A DNA stretch of 63,654 nucleotides, counting the filler, from Octopus bimaculoides (Eukaryota): NCBI RefSeq assembly GCF_001194135.2. It is 6 parts of 6 records of this genome, joined end to end, with 100 filler letters (N's around TTAATTAATTAA, not from the genome) between each part and the next. Parts side by side here need not be neighbours in the genome. Positions count along the whole stretch, not along the records: positions 1 to 26,960 come from NC_068985.1; positions 27,061 to 38,950 come from NC_068989.1; 4 more parts are not named here. One strand, 5' to 3'. Below are positions 26,710 through 38,789 of this stretch, in pieces. A model generated the notes under the pieces. That model saw nothing but the letters and a program-made list of their open reading frames with translations, was not told the DNA's origin and did not search any database. A program made the translations under genes and the position numbers. Each line of letters begins with the position of its first letter. The first letter of the stretch is position 1.

Positions 26710-26742
26710 CTGTTTCTTTACTACAATATATGAGCGTGAAAC
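26710..26742 (-). CDS. Weak candidate exon (xFTLIYCSKET)
   Basis: atacttcag| ... CAG|gtaggg; 33 nt, phase 1-1, compatible with 24891-24974. Confidence 0.2.
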
Positions 26743-26920
26743 CTGAAGTATTCTCCGTGTCACAGTTTCCTCCATTCAATTACACACACACACACACTCA
26801 CACACACAAATGAACATACAGCGACACATAAGTCTGTATGAGGAATTTAAAGAATGAAGGGGTTACACACATTTTTAATGTGAACACATACATATATATA
26901 TAAGTGTGAGCGTACGTATA

Positions 26921-26960
<40 letters not shown>

Positions 26961-27060
26961 NNNNNNNNNNNNNNNNNNNNNNNNNNNNNNNNNNNNNNNN
27001 NNNNTTAATTAATTAANNNNNNNNNNNNNNNNNNNNNNNNNNNNNNNNNNNNNNNNNNNN
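26961..27060. other. Artificial scaffolding spacer N44-TTAATTAATTAA-N44
   Basis: Exactly 100 bp; identical spacers at 38951-39050, 49258-49357, 55078-55177, 58272-58371; the 12-mer gives stops in all six frames. Confidence 0.92.
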
Positions 27061-27809
27061 GATATAAATATTTTTTATCTTACTAAAATTGACTTGAAAC
27101 CATGGTACAGAATATAGATTGGTAAAAGTTTTTATTTTTCATTTCCTTTCGAAATTATCCCTAATTTTTGTGGTATGTAGTCTTTTGCTGCTATTTCTAG
27201 CGAGTAGATGTCCTATTATAGGCATCTCTGCATTTTAAATGAATAATACATAGTCTATTGACTGTTTTTTTACTCTCGCTAGACCACTGGTGGTAAATAA
27301 AATTTCTAAAATTTTTTTGCTACCCTATAATTTATTAATATATATATATATATATGTGTTTGGTAGGGCAAACAGGAAAACATAACTCAAAACATGAGTA
27401 CATATATGTCTTAGTAATATTTTTAATATTTGATAAATGCTAACACACGAAACTCTCAGCCATTGAGTCACTCTGTTGCTTCTGCTATACATACATACAT
27501 ACATGTGTGTATGTATGCATGTATGTATGTATGTCATTATTCAGTTTATTTCAAGATTTCTTACGAATAGAGAAAGAACCAGTTTCTTACGTAGATCCAA
27601 GGTTCCTTCATTGGAATTTTAACATCAGCAACAGGGTATTTTTGTTTGTATGCATGTATGTATGTATGTATGTATTTAAATGATAAACTTTTGGAAAGTT
27701 TTACAGATTTTTAGTTTCAGTGATGGATTGGATCTGTAGGCTTCAAATTAGCTTTAATAATATGTTGTGCATGTATAGTAATATTACGAATATGAAATTA
27801 GCATTAGGT

Positions 27810-27892
27810 TATCTCACTCTTTTTTGAGGAACCCCTAGGAACCTTTTGCAGAACCCCAGGGTTCCGGGGAATCCCTGTTGAGAAACGCTGCT
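27810..27892. mobile_element. hAT-type MITE end fragment
   Basis: gaaccccagggttcc..cctgttgagaaacgctg resembles the CAG..TTTCTCAAC termini of hAT MITEs. Confidence 0.4.
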
Positions 27893-27932
27893 TTAGAGTG
27901 TGCTTCTTTTACTGATATATGATACACTGATG

Positions 27933-27965
<33 letters not shown>

Positions 27966-28401
27966 CATAAATGCCAAAACGAATTTCTGTGTCGGTGTGT
28001 CACACTTTGACCCCCTTTCTCACTATTCAATGACACTTCTACTATTCCTCATGATGGGGTGAGAGTAATAGTAGGCTTAGAGACGGTGAGGATGGTAGTA
28101 GATTGACGGTTGTGATGGTAATGGGGTGATAGTAATAGTATGAGCTGTAGTTGTGATAGAAGCAGAGGCGACGGTGATGATGGTGGTGGTGGCGGTTGTG
28201 GTGGTGATAGCCGAGGTAGTCGGGGATGACAGTGATAGTAAGTGATGTGAAAGACAGTGGTTATGGTGGTGGAGGGGAAGGCGGCGAAGTCAAAGGTATT
28301 GATGATGGTGGCGTCAGAAGTCTGAATGGTATGTGTATGGGAGTTGTGGTAGCGATGGTGGTGCTGCTGGTGATGGTGATGGTTGAAAACTATCAATAGA
28401 A

Positions 28402-28433
<32 letters not shown>

Positions 28434-28681
28434 AGAGGTTAGACAGAAAAGAAATTGTGCTGACCCCCGAATGGGAAGACAAAAAATGTTGTTTATCATG
28501 CAGCTTTGTAAGAAGTTCCAAGTTGACAAATTATATCATTGCTTGGATGAAAATTGAAAAATATTGGTCAAGTTTAATAAAATCTAATATGTACTCAATG
28601 CATGAAGTGTCATTGTTGGGCCCAAGGCCCAATGAAGAGCTCTCCACGGGAGCTAGCTTAAATAGGGTGGTTTTTAAGCTA

Positions 28682-28747
<66 letters not shown>

Positions 28748-29052
28748 CAATAAGAAAATGGAGGAGAATATGCGGTATCCATCAACTTGCAGACAGTGTA
28801 TTCCATTGAATTAATTTGTTTATTTTGTAACTAAAATGACAAAAACCACAATATACAGATGCTTATGACATACCATGCCATATTAACAATTAAGGTTACA
28901 AATATAAAGTACATTTAGCAATTGGAGAATATACAGAAACTTACAGCTGTTTCGGCCTAGCGTTGGCATGCCCCACTCTATCCCTATAGCTCCTGTGTGC
29001 CGGAGTAATTAGCAGATGAAAATGATGATATATATATATATATACACACATA

Positions 29053-29726
29053 CAGGATGTTTTGGCTAAAATTTACAGTTTGCAGATGAAGAAAGAATCC
29101 CATCCCAAAATAAAAGTATTTTAGAAAATCAAAATATATCAACTGGATTATGGCTGTGAGATAGCAGACTACTGAAAGAATCTGCTGTCAGCTTCCACCA
29201 CAGCCTCAAGATGGCTCAGGAACCATCAGGGAAGATCTTCAAACACTTCCTTGATCTTGGCCACCAGCTCGACTTTGCTGTTGCAGGTAGAGTGATTGGT
29301 GTCTTTCCACATATAGTAATCTATAGGATTACAGTCAGGTGAATTAGGAGGGCAGAAATTGGGGTTGGCGAAGACGTAGTAATTCTTCAACAGGATGCTT
29401 GCTGTGTCCTTTCCTTCTGACCACAGCTTCATAATCTCCACTGCAGCTATCCATGTCACGTCTTACAACCTTAGCAGTATTCACAGAGCATTGAGCAGGA
29501 GTCATGATGTCAGCATTTTGATTCCAGGCGTGAATCATCATGATACAGTTAACTCTTTGCCAATATTCAGATGGCTTCCAGTCCTCCATGTTAGCTAATT
29601 TTTAACAACAACTTTAATCTTTATGCTCTCCAACGCCGTTGACTTTCCATCAATATATCAAGCTGTTCCTGAAAGTAAAAAAACAAGAAATAAAAAAAAG
29701 CCATCAAATTTAGCCCAAACACCCTG
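29053..29726 (-). mobile_element. Internally deleted Tc1/mariner element, maT/DD37D-like, both TIRs and TA target duplication
   Basis: Left TA|caggatgttttggctaaaattt and right aaatttagcccaaacaccctg|TA are inverted; minus translation NPNFCPPNSPDCNPIDYYMW..VELVAKIKEVF..HLEAVVEADS has the SPDxNPxD third-Asp motif. Confidence 0.82.
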
Positions 29727-29790
29727 TATAGACATGCTTATTGTACTTGTTCTTTCGGTCATTTTATTTAAAAATATATTTAGTTCACAT

Positions 29791-30110
29791 AGGCGCAGGA
29801 GTGGCTGTGTGGTAAGTAGCTTGCTTACAAACCACATGGTTCTGGATTCAGTCCCACTGTGTGGCACCTTGGGNNNNNNNNNNTATATGTTTGTATGTCT
29901 GTGTTTGTTCCCCCACCATCACTTGACATATGACATTGGTGTGTTTACGTCCCCATAACTTACCGGCTCTGGAAAAAGAGACCGATAGAATAAGTACTAG
30001 GCTTACAAAGAATAAGTCCTGGAGTCGATTTGTTTGACTAATGGCAGTGCTCCAGCATGGCCACATTCAAATGAGTGAAACAAATAAAAGAATAAAAGAA
30101 AAGGATAAAA
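29791..30110 (+). mobile_element. tRNA-derived SINE family B
   Basis: ggcgcaggagtggctgtgtggtaagtagcttgct..ggattcagtcccactgtgtggcaccttggg [gap] ..ccagcatggccacattcaaatgagtgaaacaaataaaagaataaaag. Confidence 0.85.
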
Positions 30111-30394
30111 GAATTTGCACAGCTCCATTCATTCTTGTCCTTTCCTTTCTCTTGAGATTCTTGCAATCCCACCAGTAAACTGTAGACTAGTTTGGATTAT
30201 GTTGTCATACGGAAGAAGCTATATACTGCAAACACAATTTACCTATTTAAATGTTATATAAACATACCTTTCCTTATAACAGTGCTTTATTCTTCTCATG
30301 TTGTCACGTAATCACTTTGACTGAACCAGTCCGTTCATAATTTCTTATTCCCTTACATTTTTATTACTTTTATTTCTTATATGTCTCTCATCAT

Positions 30395-30725
30395 CATCAT
30401 CATCATCATCATCCTCATCATTTAACGTCTGCTTTTCATGCTAGCATGGGTTGGACGATTTGACTGATGACTGGTGAACTAGATGGCTACACCAGACTCC
30501 AATCTGATTTGGCAGAGTTTCTACAGCTGGATGCCCTTCCTAACGCCAACCACTCCGAGCGTGTAGTGGGTGCTATTATGTGCCACCGGCACGAGGGCCA
30601 GTCAGGCGGTACTGGCAACGGCCACGCTCAAAATGGTATATTTTACGTGCCACCTACACAAGAGCCAGTTCAGTGGCACTGGCAAAGATCTTGTTCAAAT
30701 GTCTTTACACGTGCCACCGGCGATC
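30395..30725 (-). mobile_element. RTE-tailed non-autonomous element, family C
   Basis: Reverse complement ends cgtccaacccatgctagcatgaaaagcagacgttaaa(tga)n, an RTE-type 3' tail; second copy at 36790. Confidence 0.7.
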
Positions 30726-30904
30726 TCGACAATTCAGTCTTTGTTTTTGGAAATTGAAAGCATGTGGCCTAATTGTTAGGGTATCTGGTTCATGATCATA
30801 ATGCCATAGGTTTCAATTTCTAGACCAGGAGGTCCAAAATCTACTTCGTTTCCTGTTACTCCTTTTTACTCAACAGAGACTGTGTAACAACCGATTTTTA
30901 AAGT

Positions 30905-31134
30905 TTTTATTTCTTTATTGCCCACAGGGGGCTAAACATAGAGGGGACAAACAAGGACAGACAAAGGGATTAAGTCGTTTACATAGACCCCAGTGTGTCA
31001 CTGGTACTTATTTAATCGACCCTGAAAAGATGAAAGGCAAAGTTAACCTTGGTGGAATTTGAACTCAGAATGTAACGGCAGACAAAATACCGCTAAGCAT
31101 TTCACCTGGCATGCTAACGATTCTGCTAGCTGCC
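30905..31134 (-). mobile_element. SINE family A (variant tail as at 260-474)
   Basis: tttatttctttattgcccacagggggctaaacatagaggggacaaacaaggacagacaaagggattaagtc.. Confidence 0.8.
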
Positions 31135-31633
31135 CTTATGTAATAACCGATTGCTGGTGTCTGTCTGCCTGTCTCTGTCTGTCTGTCTGTCTGTCTGTCT
31201 CTGTCTGTCTGTCTGTCTGTCTGTCTCTGTCTGTCTGTCCCTCTCTCTCTCTCTCCTTCAGCTGTTACATCTTGGATCGTACTGCTAGGTCCAAGGGTAG
31301 GAGAGTCAAGAGGGCATCTATGCATGTAACAAGACAGGCACCTAAACAAATTAACAAAATCTCGGTATCTATAAACATTCACAGGTGATAGCTGCCCTTT
31401 TTTTCTTTCTCTTTGATGGGAATCTATTTAATAATAGCCAACATAAATGTTTGTTTGTTGGCTGGTTGAATTCTACACTCAGGTTTTACATGGTATATAG
31501 GCATGGGAGAGAGAGAGAGAGAGTTAATACATGAAGTGCAAGATGAGTATCCTAACTTTCTGAAAAATGCGCATGGAATATGATTATGCTGATAAAATTT
31601 AGGAAATATTGGCAAATGTACAAAAAGATAAGA

Positions 31634-31802
31634 TGGCTAGCCAGCAGAATCGTTGGCACACCAGGCGAAATGCTTAACAGTATTTCGTCCACCTTTACAT
31701 TTCTCATTCAAATTTCTCTGAGGTCGACTTTGCCTTTCACCCTTTCGGGAGTTGATAAAATAAGTACCAGTTGAGCACTGGCGTCAATGTAATCAACTTA
31801 AC
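31634..31802 (+). mobile_element. SINE family A
   Basis: ggctagccagcagaatcgttggcacaccaggcgaaatgctta..gataaaataagtaccagttgagcactgg. Confidence 0.75.
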
Positions 31803-32269
31803 TACTCCTGGATATGAGTATAAAAGACTGCATCTCTCTGCCAAGCCAGTGTGCCAGAGTAGACTCCTCCAACCATTATGCTCTCAAGTTCAAATTCACG
31901 GCCTCCACATCAGACCATGGTTGGTAGAGAGAACATGCTGAGGCCTTCATCCTGCAGTATACTGAGCATAGGAAATCCAATCCAATATAAAAATGAGAAT
32001 TTTGTTTTATTTAATTCTATTTTGAGGCAATAAACCTTTTTCTTTTGAAAATTACTATTCATTTCATCATTCTGTATAAACACCAAGAAATTTAGTAAAA
32101 GTTAAATTATAAATATTGTATGTATGCTATATTTCCTGATATTATTCATCATGGCAAAAGCATTCTTGCAAAGCTATTCATTGTATGACGAAACACACTA
32201 ATGTTCTATTAATACTCCTAGAAATTTATGTAAATATTAATATTTATTATGTAAATATTGATATAAGCA

Positions 32270-32539
32270 GACCTTCCCAGCCACATGGTTCTGGGTTTAG
32301 TCTCACTGTGTGGCCACCTTGTGAGTGGATTTGGTAGATGGAAACTGAAAGAAGTCCATCATATATATATATATATCTTTATATATATATATATATATAT
32401 ATNNNNNNNNNNNNNNNNNNNNNNNNNNNNNNNNNNNNNNNNNNNNNNNNNNNNNNNNNNNNNNNNNNNNNNNNNNNATATAGATATATATATATATAGA
32501 TATATATATATATATCCCCCCCCCCTCTCTCTCTCTCTA

Positions 32540-32571
<32 letters not shown>

Positions 32572-32792
32572 GTACTTGTGTGTTTGTATTTGTTCCCCCA
32601 CCATTGCTTGACAACCATGTTGGTGCGTTTACATCCCCATAACTTAGCGGTTTGGCAAAAGAAATTGATAGAATAACCACTAGGTTTACAAAGAACTTGT
32701 TCTGGGGTCGATTTGTTCAAGTAAAACCCTTTAAGGCAGTGCTGCAGCATGGTCGCAGCCAAATGACTGAAACAAGTAAAAGAATAAAAGAA
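32270..32792 (+). mobile_element. SINE family B with expanded internal (AT)n and gap
   Basis: 5' ccacatggttctgggtttagtctcactgtgtggccaccttgtgagtggatttgg; 3' cagcatggtcgcagccaaatgactgaaacaagtaaaagaataaaag. Confidence 0.8.
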
Positions 32793-33029
32793 ATACTGCA
32801 TAGAAATCAGCAATTTTAAGGTACGGGCACTCTGGGTAGTTTCCCAGGGATTTCATGGGTCTAGGGACCTAATTCTGATTTATGTATACAGTGGCTTGCT
32901 GTCAATAAATAAATACTACAGGGCTCAGCAAACTGATTTTCCTGAGTTGGAGTTGGGGTAGGGGTCATAATGTTTTTAAGAAAGCCCTGGTAACAACTTG
33001 CTGCACATAAATAATTTATATTATCAGAC

Positions 33030-33200
33030 CGAGCAGCATTTCGTCCGTCTTTACGTCCTGGGTTCAAATTCCACGAGGTCGACTTTGCCTTTTATCCTTT
33101 CAGGGTCGATAAAATAAGTGCCAGATGAGCACTGGAGTCGATTTAATTGACCTACCCACTACCCTGAAATTGCTGGCCTTGTGCCAAAATTTGAAATCGG
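33030..33200 (+). mobile_element. SINE family A, 5' truncated
   Basis: gggttcaaattccacgaggtcgactttgcctttt..gctggccttgtgccaaaatttgaaa. Confidence 0.75.
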
Positions 33201-34899
33201 TATTATCAGACAGTCAGCCTTGTACCCATTGCCAGATTTAGGGGCCAGTGAGACAAGCTGCAGCTATAAGGTCTCACATTACACAGGAGTCTCAAAATAA
33301 TTAAAGGGGAATTATGTTTCAGTTTCTTTGTGCTTATGATTTTTGGAACGTCTTAAGAAAGGACCTCCAACTTTCATATAGCTTAAGGTCTCACAAAGTC
33401 CAGATCCAGAGCTGTTTATACCATTACACAAACGATTCTTCTGCTACTTCATCTCACCATCTTGGACGGCGAAAATTGCTATCCCTGATATTTATTGACA
33501 GCAAACCACTGCATACATAAGACGAAAGCAGTCAGTTCAATGTCCATTAAAAGCTAGCTACCAATAAAAAACCCCACCGTAGTTGTAATTTTACACTGTG
33601 GTTACATACATGTAAATAAGACACCATTTATGCAATCCCTGATGAATTGTTGAATAGAAATGAAACCAGTTACTCCAATCCTCATTAAAAGCTAACTACC
33701 TTTAAAAATCCATCATAGGGTTTGAGATTACAAACATGTAAATAGGACATCGTTTATTTATTTATTTGTTCATTTACAATTGACAATGGATTTGTAAATT
33801 CAGCCAAGATTCATTCCTTCTGGAAACTTATTCACAGGGTGGCTCAGACCTGAAAACAAATCTAATTGTTCAATTTGCATAACAAAAATACTTACACACA
33901 CACTCTGTCTCTCTCTCAAAGACGCGCATGCGCGCACACACACACATACATGAAAGCACTCATACTGAAGAAGAAGAAGAAGAAGAAGAAGAAGAAGAAG
34001 AAGAAGAAGAAGAAGAAGAAGAAGAAGAAGAATGTGTAGGAATTTTAGTTATTCATGCTTGCAAATTCTATGTAAATATATCTTTATATGTGTCAACATT
34101 CACTTACAGAGAAAAATGAACTATGTCGAGATTACACAGCAGTGGGGGTGGTCAGGTGGAAAAAGAGAGAAAAAACAAATAACAAATAACAAATACATCT
34201 TTTTGAGACATGTACAATGTAATGTGTTCTTTGAGTAAGTGATGACATTTCTACTTAAATGTACGAATATCTGACACGAGAAAACACCATGGCAGCAAGT
34301 AACATGTATTATAATACAGAGACAGATGTACCAGAAACTTAGAGAGTCACTTGGGTGTACCATAAACAGTTAATATGCTGTTTAGGGATTAAAAAAAAAA
34401 ATTGAAGTAAACTGATCGGAAGTGATGACAGTGACATCCCGTTTGGATAAAGTTTCACTTGTTATCCACTCATAGCTCATTAAGATTGTTTTCTCTATCT
34501 GCACTTCCATTGATTACCCCGTTTGCCACTGAGTCAACACCTATTTTCCACCACCGCCAGATGTCGCTCACCCTCCCCATGTACTATGCCTGCCTTGGTC
34601 TTTCCCATCAACTGCTACAATCTACCCAACCTTTCGTCCTTTTCTTGTCTACTGTTACATCATTACCATTCTGCTGCTCAGCACTGTTAGTCTTTTTTTA
34701 TTCCCCACCTATTGCTCTCTGGTTCCACTTGATCACTCCCATCCTTGATCACCTTCTGAAATACAAGTAGTTATATAGCTCCTCCACAGCAAGAAACCTG
34801 TTCTGCTCCGGCCCCTTTCTTTCATATTTTCAACCATTTATTGCACCTCATCTCCAAACATAAAGTTGCCCCACTTCCAATTCAGGGATTGCAGCCTCA

Positions 34900-35272
34900 C
34901 AAACTGCATGGCAGCCTCACTAGTGCTGGTGTCACAAAAAAACACCCAGTACATGCTGTAAAGTGACAAACGTTAGGAAATGGATCCAAAAGTTCAAAGT
35001 GGACTAAACCTTTTGTATAACAACACATTGCATTGTTGCCTTTATTGAACACATAAAGCAAAATATGCCAAATATTCTCCTTTGTCACTTCCATTATAGC
35101 TTTGAAAAAATTTAAAATCGAACTGCACTCTTCAAAACTTGCACTAAGAACAAGTACAAGGTAAAATTACTACCTGATTTTATAGCAAGTTGATGCAAGT
35201 AGTTTATCCCATCCCCCTCCGACTGTTAGTTCATGCAATTGAAAAATCCGCATTATTTATGGGATGACCCAA
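34900..35272 (-). mobile_element. Internally deleted mariner, same family as 12279-13033 (5' TIR and transposase start)
   Basis: TIR gcattatttatgggatgacccaa|TA matches the 13033 end; minus ORF from 35094 MEVTKENIWHILLYVFNKGNNA joined directly to KGLVHFELL (compare KGLVYFELL at 12.5k). Confidence 0.75.
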
Positions 35273-35738
35273 TACTACTGCTGCTGTACTACTACTACTA
35301 CTACTACCATTGTTACTACTACTACTGTCACCACAACCACCACCAACAGCATATATGTACTAATTGTTACTATATCTATAGCATCACATTTCTATGCAAA
35401 AAAGAAAAACAAACAAAAAACCACGATAATGGTAATGAATTTAGTTTAGCGAAAAGTAGAGCATTCTCTTATCGAAGAGAGAACAGAAGTAAAAGTTCCA
35501 TATGCCATTAATGTGACCAGAACTTCAATTATCCATAATTGTTTTGTTGTTAATGCCGTCGACATTACAAGGCCAAATATCAGAGCGAGAACAAATTCCA
35601 TGCGAAGAATTTAGAATTATGTCACTGAACACTTGAGATGATCTTGCACAAATACCCTTTACTAGCTACAACAGACAACCTTTCCTTTTCTTTCACTAAT
35701 AATGGTAATGTAGAATAGAAATCAATGACGAAATTTAA

Positions 35739-35992
35739 CCCTTTAACTGCGATATCAAATTTTATGGTTATTCCAGTTATGATGTTAAATGTCTTTCAAA
35801 AAATAGAATTGGTATTTTCTGCAAGTCACTTTGCTTCAGTAAGCTTGACATATCTCAAGAGAAAATAGTTTCAAACATGATATTCCTCAACAAAAGATAG
35901 AGTGGTATATAAAACTGCTTTCCGCAGTTAATGGGAATTAAATTTTGAGTGAATATATCTGCTTACTATATCTGCTTACCGCTGCAAAAGGG
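35739..35992. mobile_element. piggyBac-type MITE
   Basis: TTAA|CCCTTTAACTGCG ... CGCTGCAAAAGGG|TTAA: CCC..GGG termini flanked by TTAA; no coding capacity. Confidence 0.55.
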
Positions 35993-36240
35993 TTAAAACA
36001 ACATTATCTATCATGTTTTTTTCTTTTATGATGCAAATGTCATATAAGAGCCATTCAGCTGCTGTTTTCAGCAGGTCTAACATCTACATCAATGTAATAT
36101 TATCTTAGATATACTATATTTGCAAAAAGAAAAAAAAATGGCAAAATGGTTACAGTTAGTGAATTGGAATTATTTTTGTAAACCAAATCTGTGCAGCTCA
36201 ATTTCAATTTCCAGTTATAACTACCCTCACTTTCAATTTT

Positions 36241-36273
<33 letters not shown>

Positions 36274-36507
36274 TTGTAGTAGTAGTAGTTGTAGTAGTAG
36301 TAGTTTCTTTGACAATGACATGAACGCCAAAACTTTTCTCTCACTTCTAAAAATGTAATGAGAATTGGAGCCTTGTTAAGAAATCAACGCATTTTAGATT
36401 TCTCTTTTTATTCCAGTGGAATCTCTGAATTGGTTGCGCTCAGCCAGACTGTTATCTTCAAAGGATCTGTTCAGGTTGACACACTTCTTCCAATTTTATC
36501 ATAAATG

Positions 36508-36695
36508 TCGCAGAACTATTAGGATGCTGGACAAAATGTCTAGCAACATTTCAAGTTCAAATTCCGCTGAGGTTGATTTCGTCTTTCATCCTTTCACGGT
36601 CGATAAAAGTAAGTACCAGTTGTATCCGTGGCGGGGGGGGGGTTGTATTCGACTTGCTCCTCCTTTCAAAACAGCTGGTCCTGAACCAAATATTG
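36508..36695 (+). mobile_element. SINE family A
   Basis: aagttcaaattccgctgaggttgatttcgtctttcatcctttcacggtcgataaaagtaagtaccagttg. Confidence 0.72.
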
Positions 36696-36697
36696 GA

Positions 36698-38179
36698 ACT
36701 ATTAATAATTTATCAAAAATAACAAGTTATGATTTTCATTGTGTCATTTTGAAGGAGAAACAAATGTGGCGCTTTTTACAACATTGCTATCATCATCAAC
36801 GTCGTTTAAGGTCCACTTTCCATGCTAGCATGGGTTGGACGATTTGACTGAGGACTGGTGAAACCAAGATGGCTACACCAGGCTCCAATCTGATTTGGCA
36901 GAGTTTCTACAGCTGGATGCCCTTCCTAATGCCAACCACTCAGAGAGTGTAGTGGGTGCTTTTACGTGCCACTGGCACGAAGGCCAGTCAGGCGGTACTG
37001 GCAACGGCCACGCTCAAAATGGTGTATTTGATGTGCCACCCGCACAAGAGCCAGTCCAGGGGCACTGGTAATGATCTCGCTCGAAAGTCCTTACACATGC
37101 CGCGGGCACAAGTGCCAGAAAGGCGACGCTGGGCACAGGTNNNNNNNNNNNNNNNNNNNNNNNNNNNNNNNNNNNNNNNNNNNNNNNNNNNNNNNNNNNN
37201 NNNNNNNNNNNNNNNNNNNNNNNNNNNNNNNNNNNNNNNNNNNNNNNNNNNNNNNNNNNNNNNNNNNNNNNNNNNNNNNNNNNNNNNNNNNNNNNNNNNN
37301 NNNNNNNNNNNNNNNNNNNNNNNNNNNNNNNNNNNNNNNNNNNNNNNNNNNNNNNNNNNNNNNNNNNNNNNNNNNNNNNNNNNNNNNNNNNNNNNNNNNN
37401 NNNNNNNNNNNNNNNNNNNNNNNNNNNNNNNNNNNNNNNNNNNNNNNNNNNNNNNNNNNNNNNNNNNNNNNNNNNNNNNNNNNNNNNNNNNNNNNNNNNN
37501 NNNNNNNNNNNNNNNNNNNNNNNNNNNNNNNNNNNNNNNNNNNNNNNNNNNNNNNNNNNNNNNNNNNNNNNNNNNNNNNNNNNNNNNNNNNNNNNNNNNN
37601 NNNNNNNNNNNNNNNNNNNNNNNNNNNNNNNNNNNNNNNNNNNNNNNNNNNNNNNNNNNNNNNNNNNNNNNNNNNNNNNNNNNNNNNNNNNNNNNNNNNN
37701 NNNNNNNNNNNNNNNNNNNNNNNNNNNNNNNNNNNNNNNNNNNNNNNNNNNNNNNNNNNNNNNNNNNNNNNNNNNNNNNNNNNNNNNNNNNNNTATACAC
37801 ATGCCAAGCTTCTACGCAGTTCCTGGCCTCCAAATGTTTTTCTCATGAGAGTTTCAGACCCCAGTAAGGAACTCATTTGCATACAGCCAATCAGAGTCTG
37901 GCCGCAATCCAATGGTTGAAACAAGTAAAAGGTAAATTGTAGGTGTAGTTTTTCATGCTAATTACGAAAATCCCAACCTTTTTTCTTTTTTTTTTTTTTT
38001 TTTTTGAAAAATTAATAATGAAAAAGTTTTAAAGAATGAAACTTATGTAATTCTAACCAATAAGATACATCTATTTTCTATATGTCATGGCAATGTTGTG
38101 AAAAACGCCACATTTTTTTCTCCTTCAAAATGACACAACGAAAATCATAACTTGTTACTTTTGATAAATTATTAATAGT
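36698..38179. mobile_element. MITE/fold-back element with ~90-bp inverted arms, interrupted by family C insert and gap
   Basis: 36698-36787 (actattaataatttatcaaaaataacaagttatgattttc..acaacattgc) is the reverse complement of 38090-38179 with few mismatches. Confidence 0.65.
36790..37140 (-). mobile_element. RTE-tailed non-autonomous element, family C
   Basis: catcatcaacgtcgtttaaggtccactttccatgctagcatgggttggacg..; close to 30395 copy. Confidence 0.72.
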
Positions 38180-38274
38180 ATGTAACATTATTAATGTATG
38201 TATCTATATATACACACACATATCTATATATATACATGTATATGCATATGTATATATGTACATATATATACACA

Positions 38275-38622
38275 TTTCTTTACTTGTTTCAATCATGCTG
38301 GAGAACCACCTTTAGTCGAACAAATTGACCCCAGGACTTATTCTTTGTAAGCCTAGTACTAATTCTATTGGACTCTTTTACTGAACTGCTAGGTTACAGG
38401 GATGTAAACACACCAGCATCGGTATCAAATGATGGTGGCGGGACAAGAACAGACATAAATACTTACTCATGCACATATATATACAACAGGCCTCTTTTAG
38501 TTTCTGTCAACCAAATCCACTTACAAGGTTTTGGTTGGAGAAGACACTTGCCCAAAGTGCCACACAGTGGGATTGAGCCCAGAGCCATATAGGTGGGAAG
38601 CAAGCTTCTTACCACACAGCCA
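38275..38622 (-). mobile_element. SINE family B
   Basis: ccaccttttagtcgaacaaattgaccccaggacttattctttgtaagcc..aagcttcttaccacacagccactcct. Confidence 0.8.
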
Positions 38623-38789
38623 CTCCTATTATTGTTTAAAACACACCAGTATAGATTGTATTTCAGACAAACCCACAGAATTATTCCCGTCAACGGTATA
38701 TATACGTTAAGCAAGATGTATAGATAGTTATTTAAATTTAACACCATTTCAAATGCATGCTCAGGATATGAAATATAATTGTAATGAAT

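Noticed and set aside
27005-27016. TTAATTAATTAA as a conserved regulatory or homeodomain site
   Set aside because: Always centred in exactly 44+44 N; synthetic spacer.
28049-28396. His/Pro/Thr-rich minus-strand ORF
   Set aside because: Degenerate (GGT/GAT)n tract, same artefact.
33640-33680. CTGATGA..GAAA motif
   Set aside because: Stem I and stem II do not pair convincingly.
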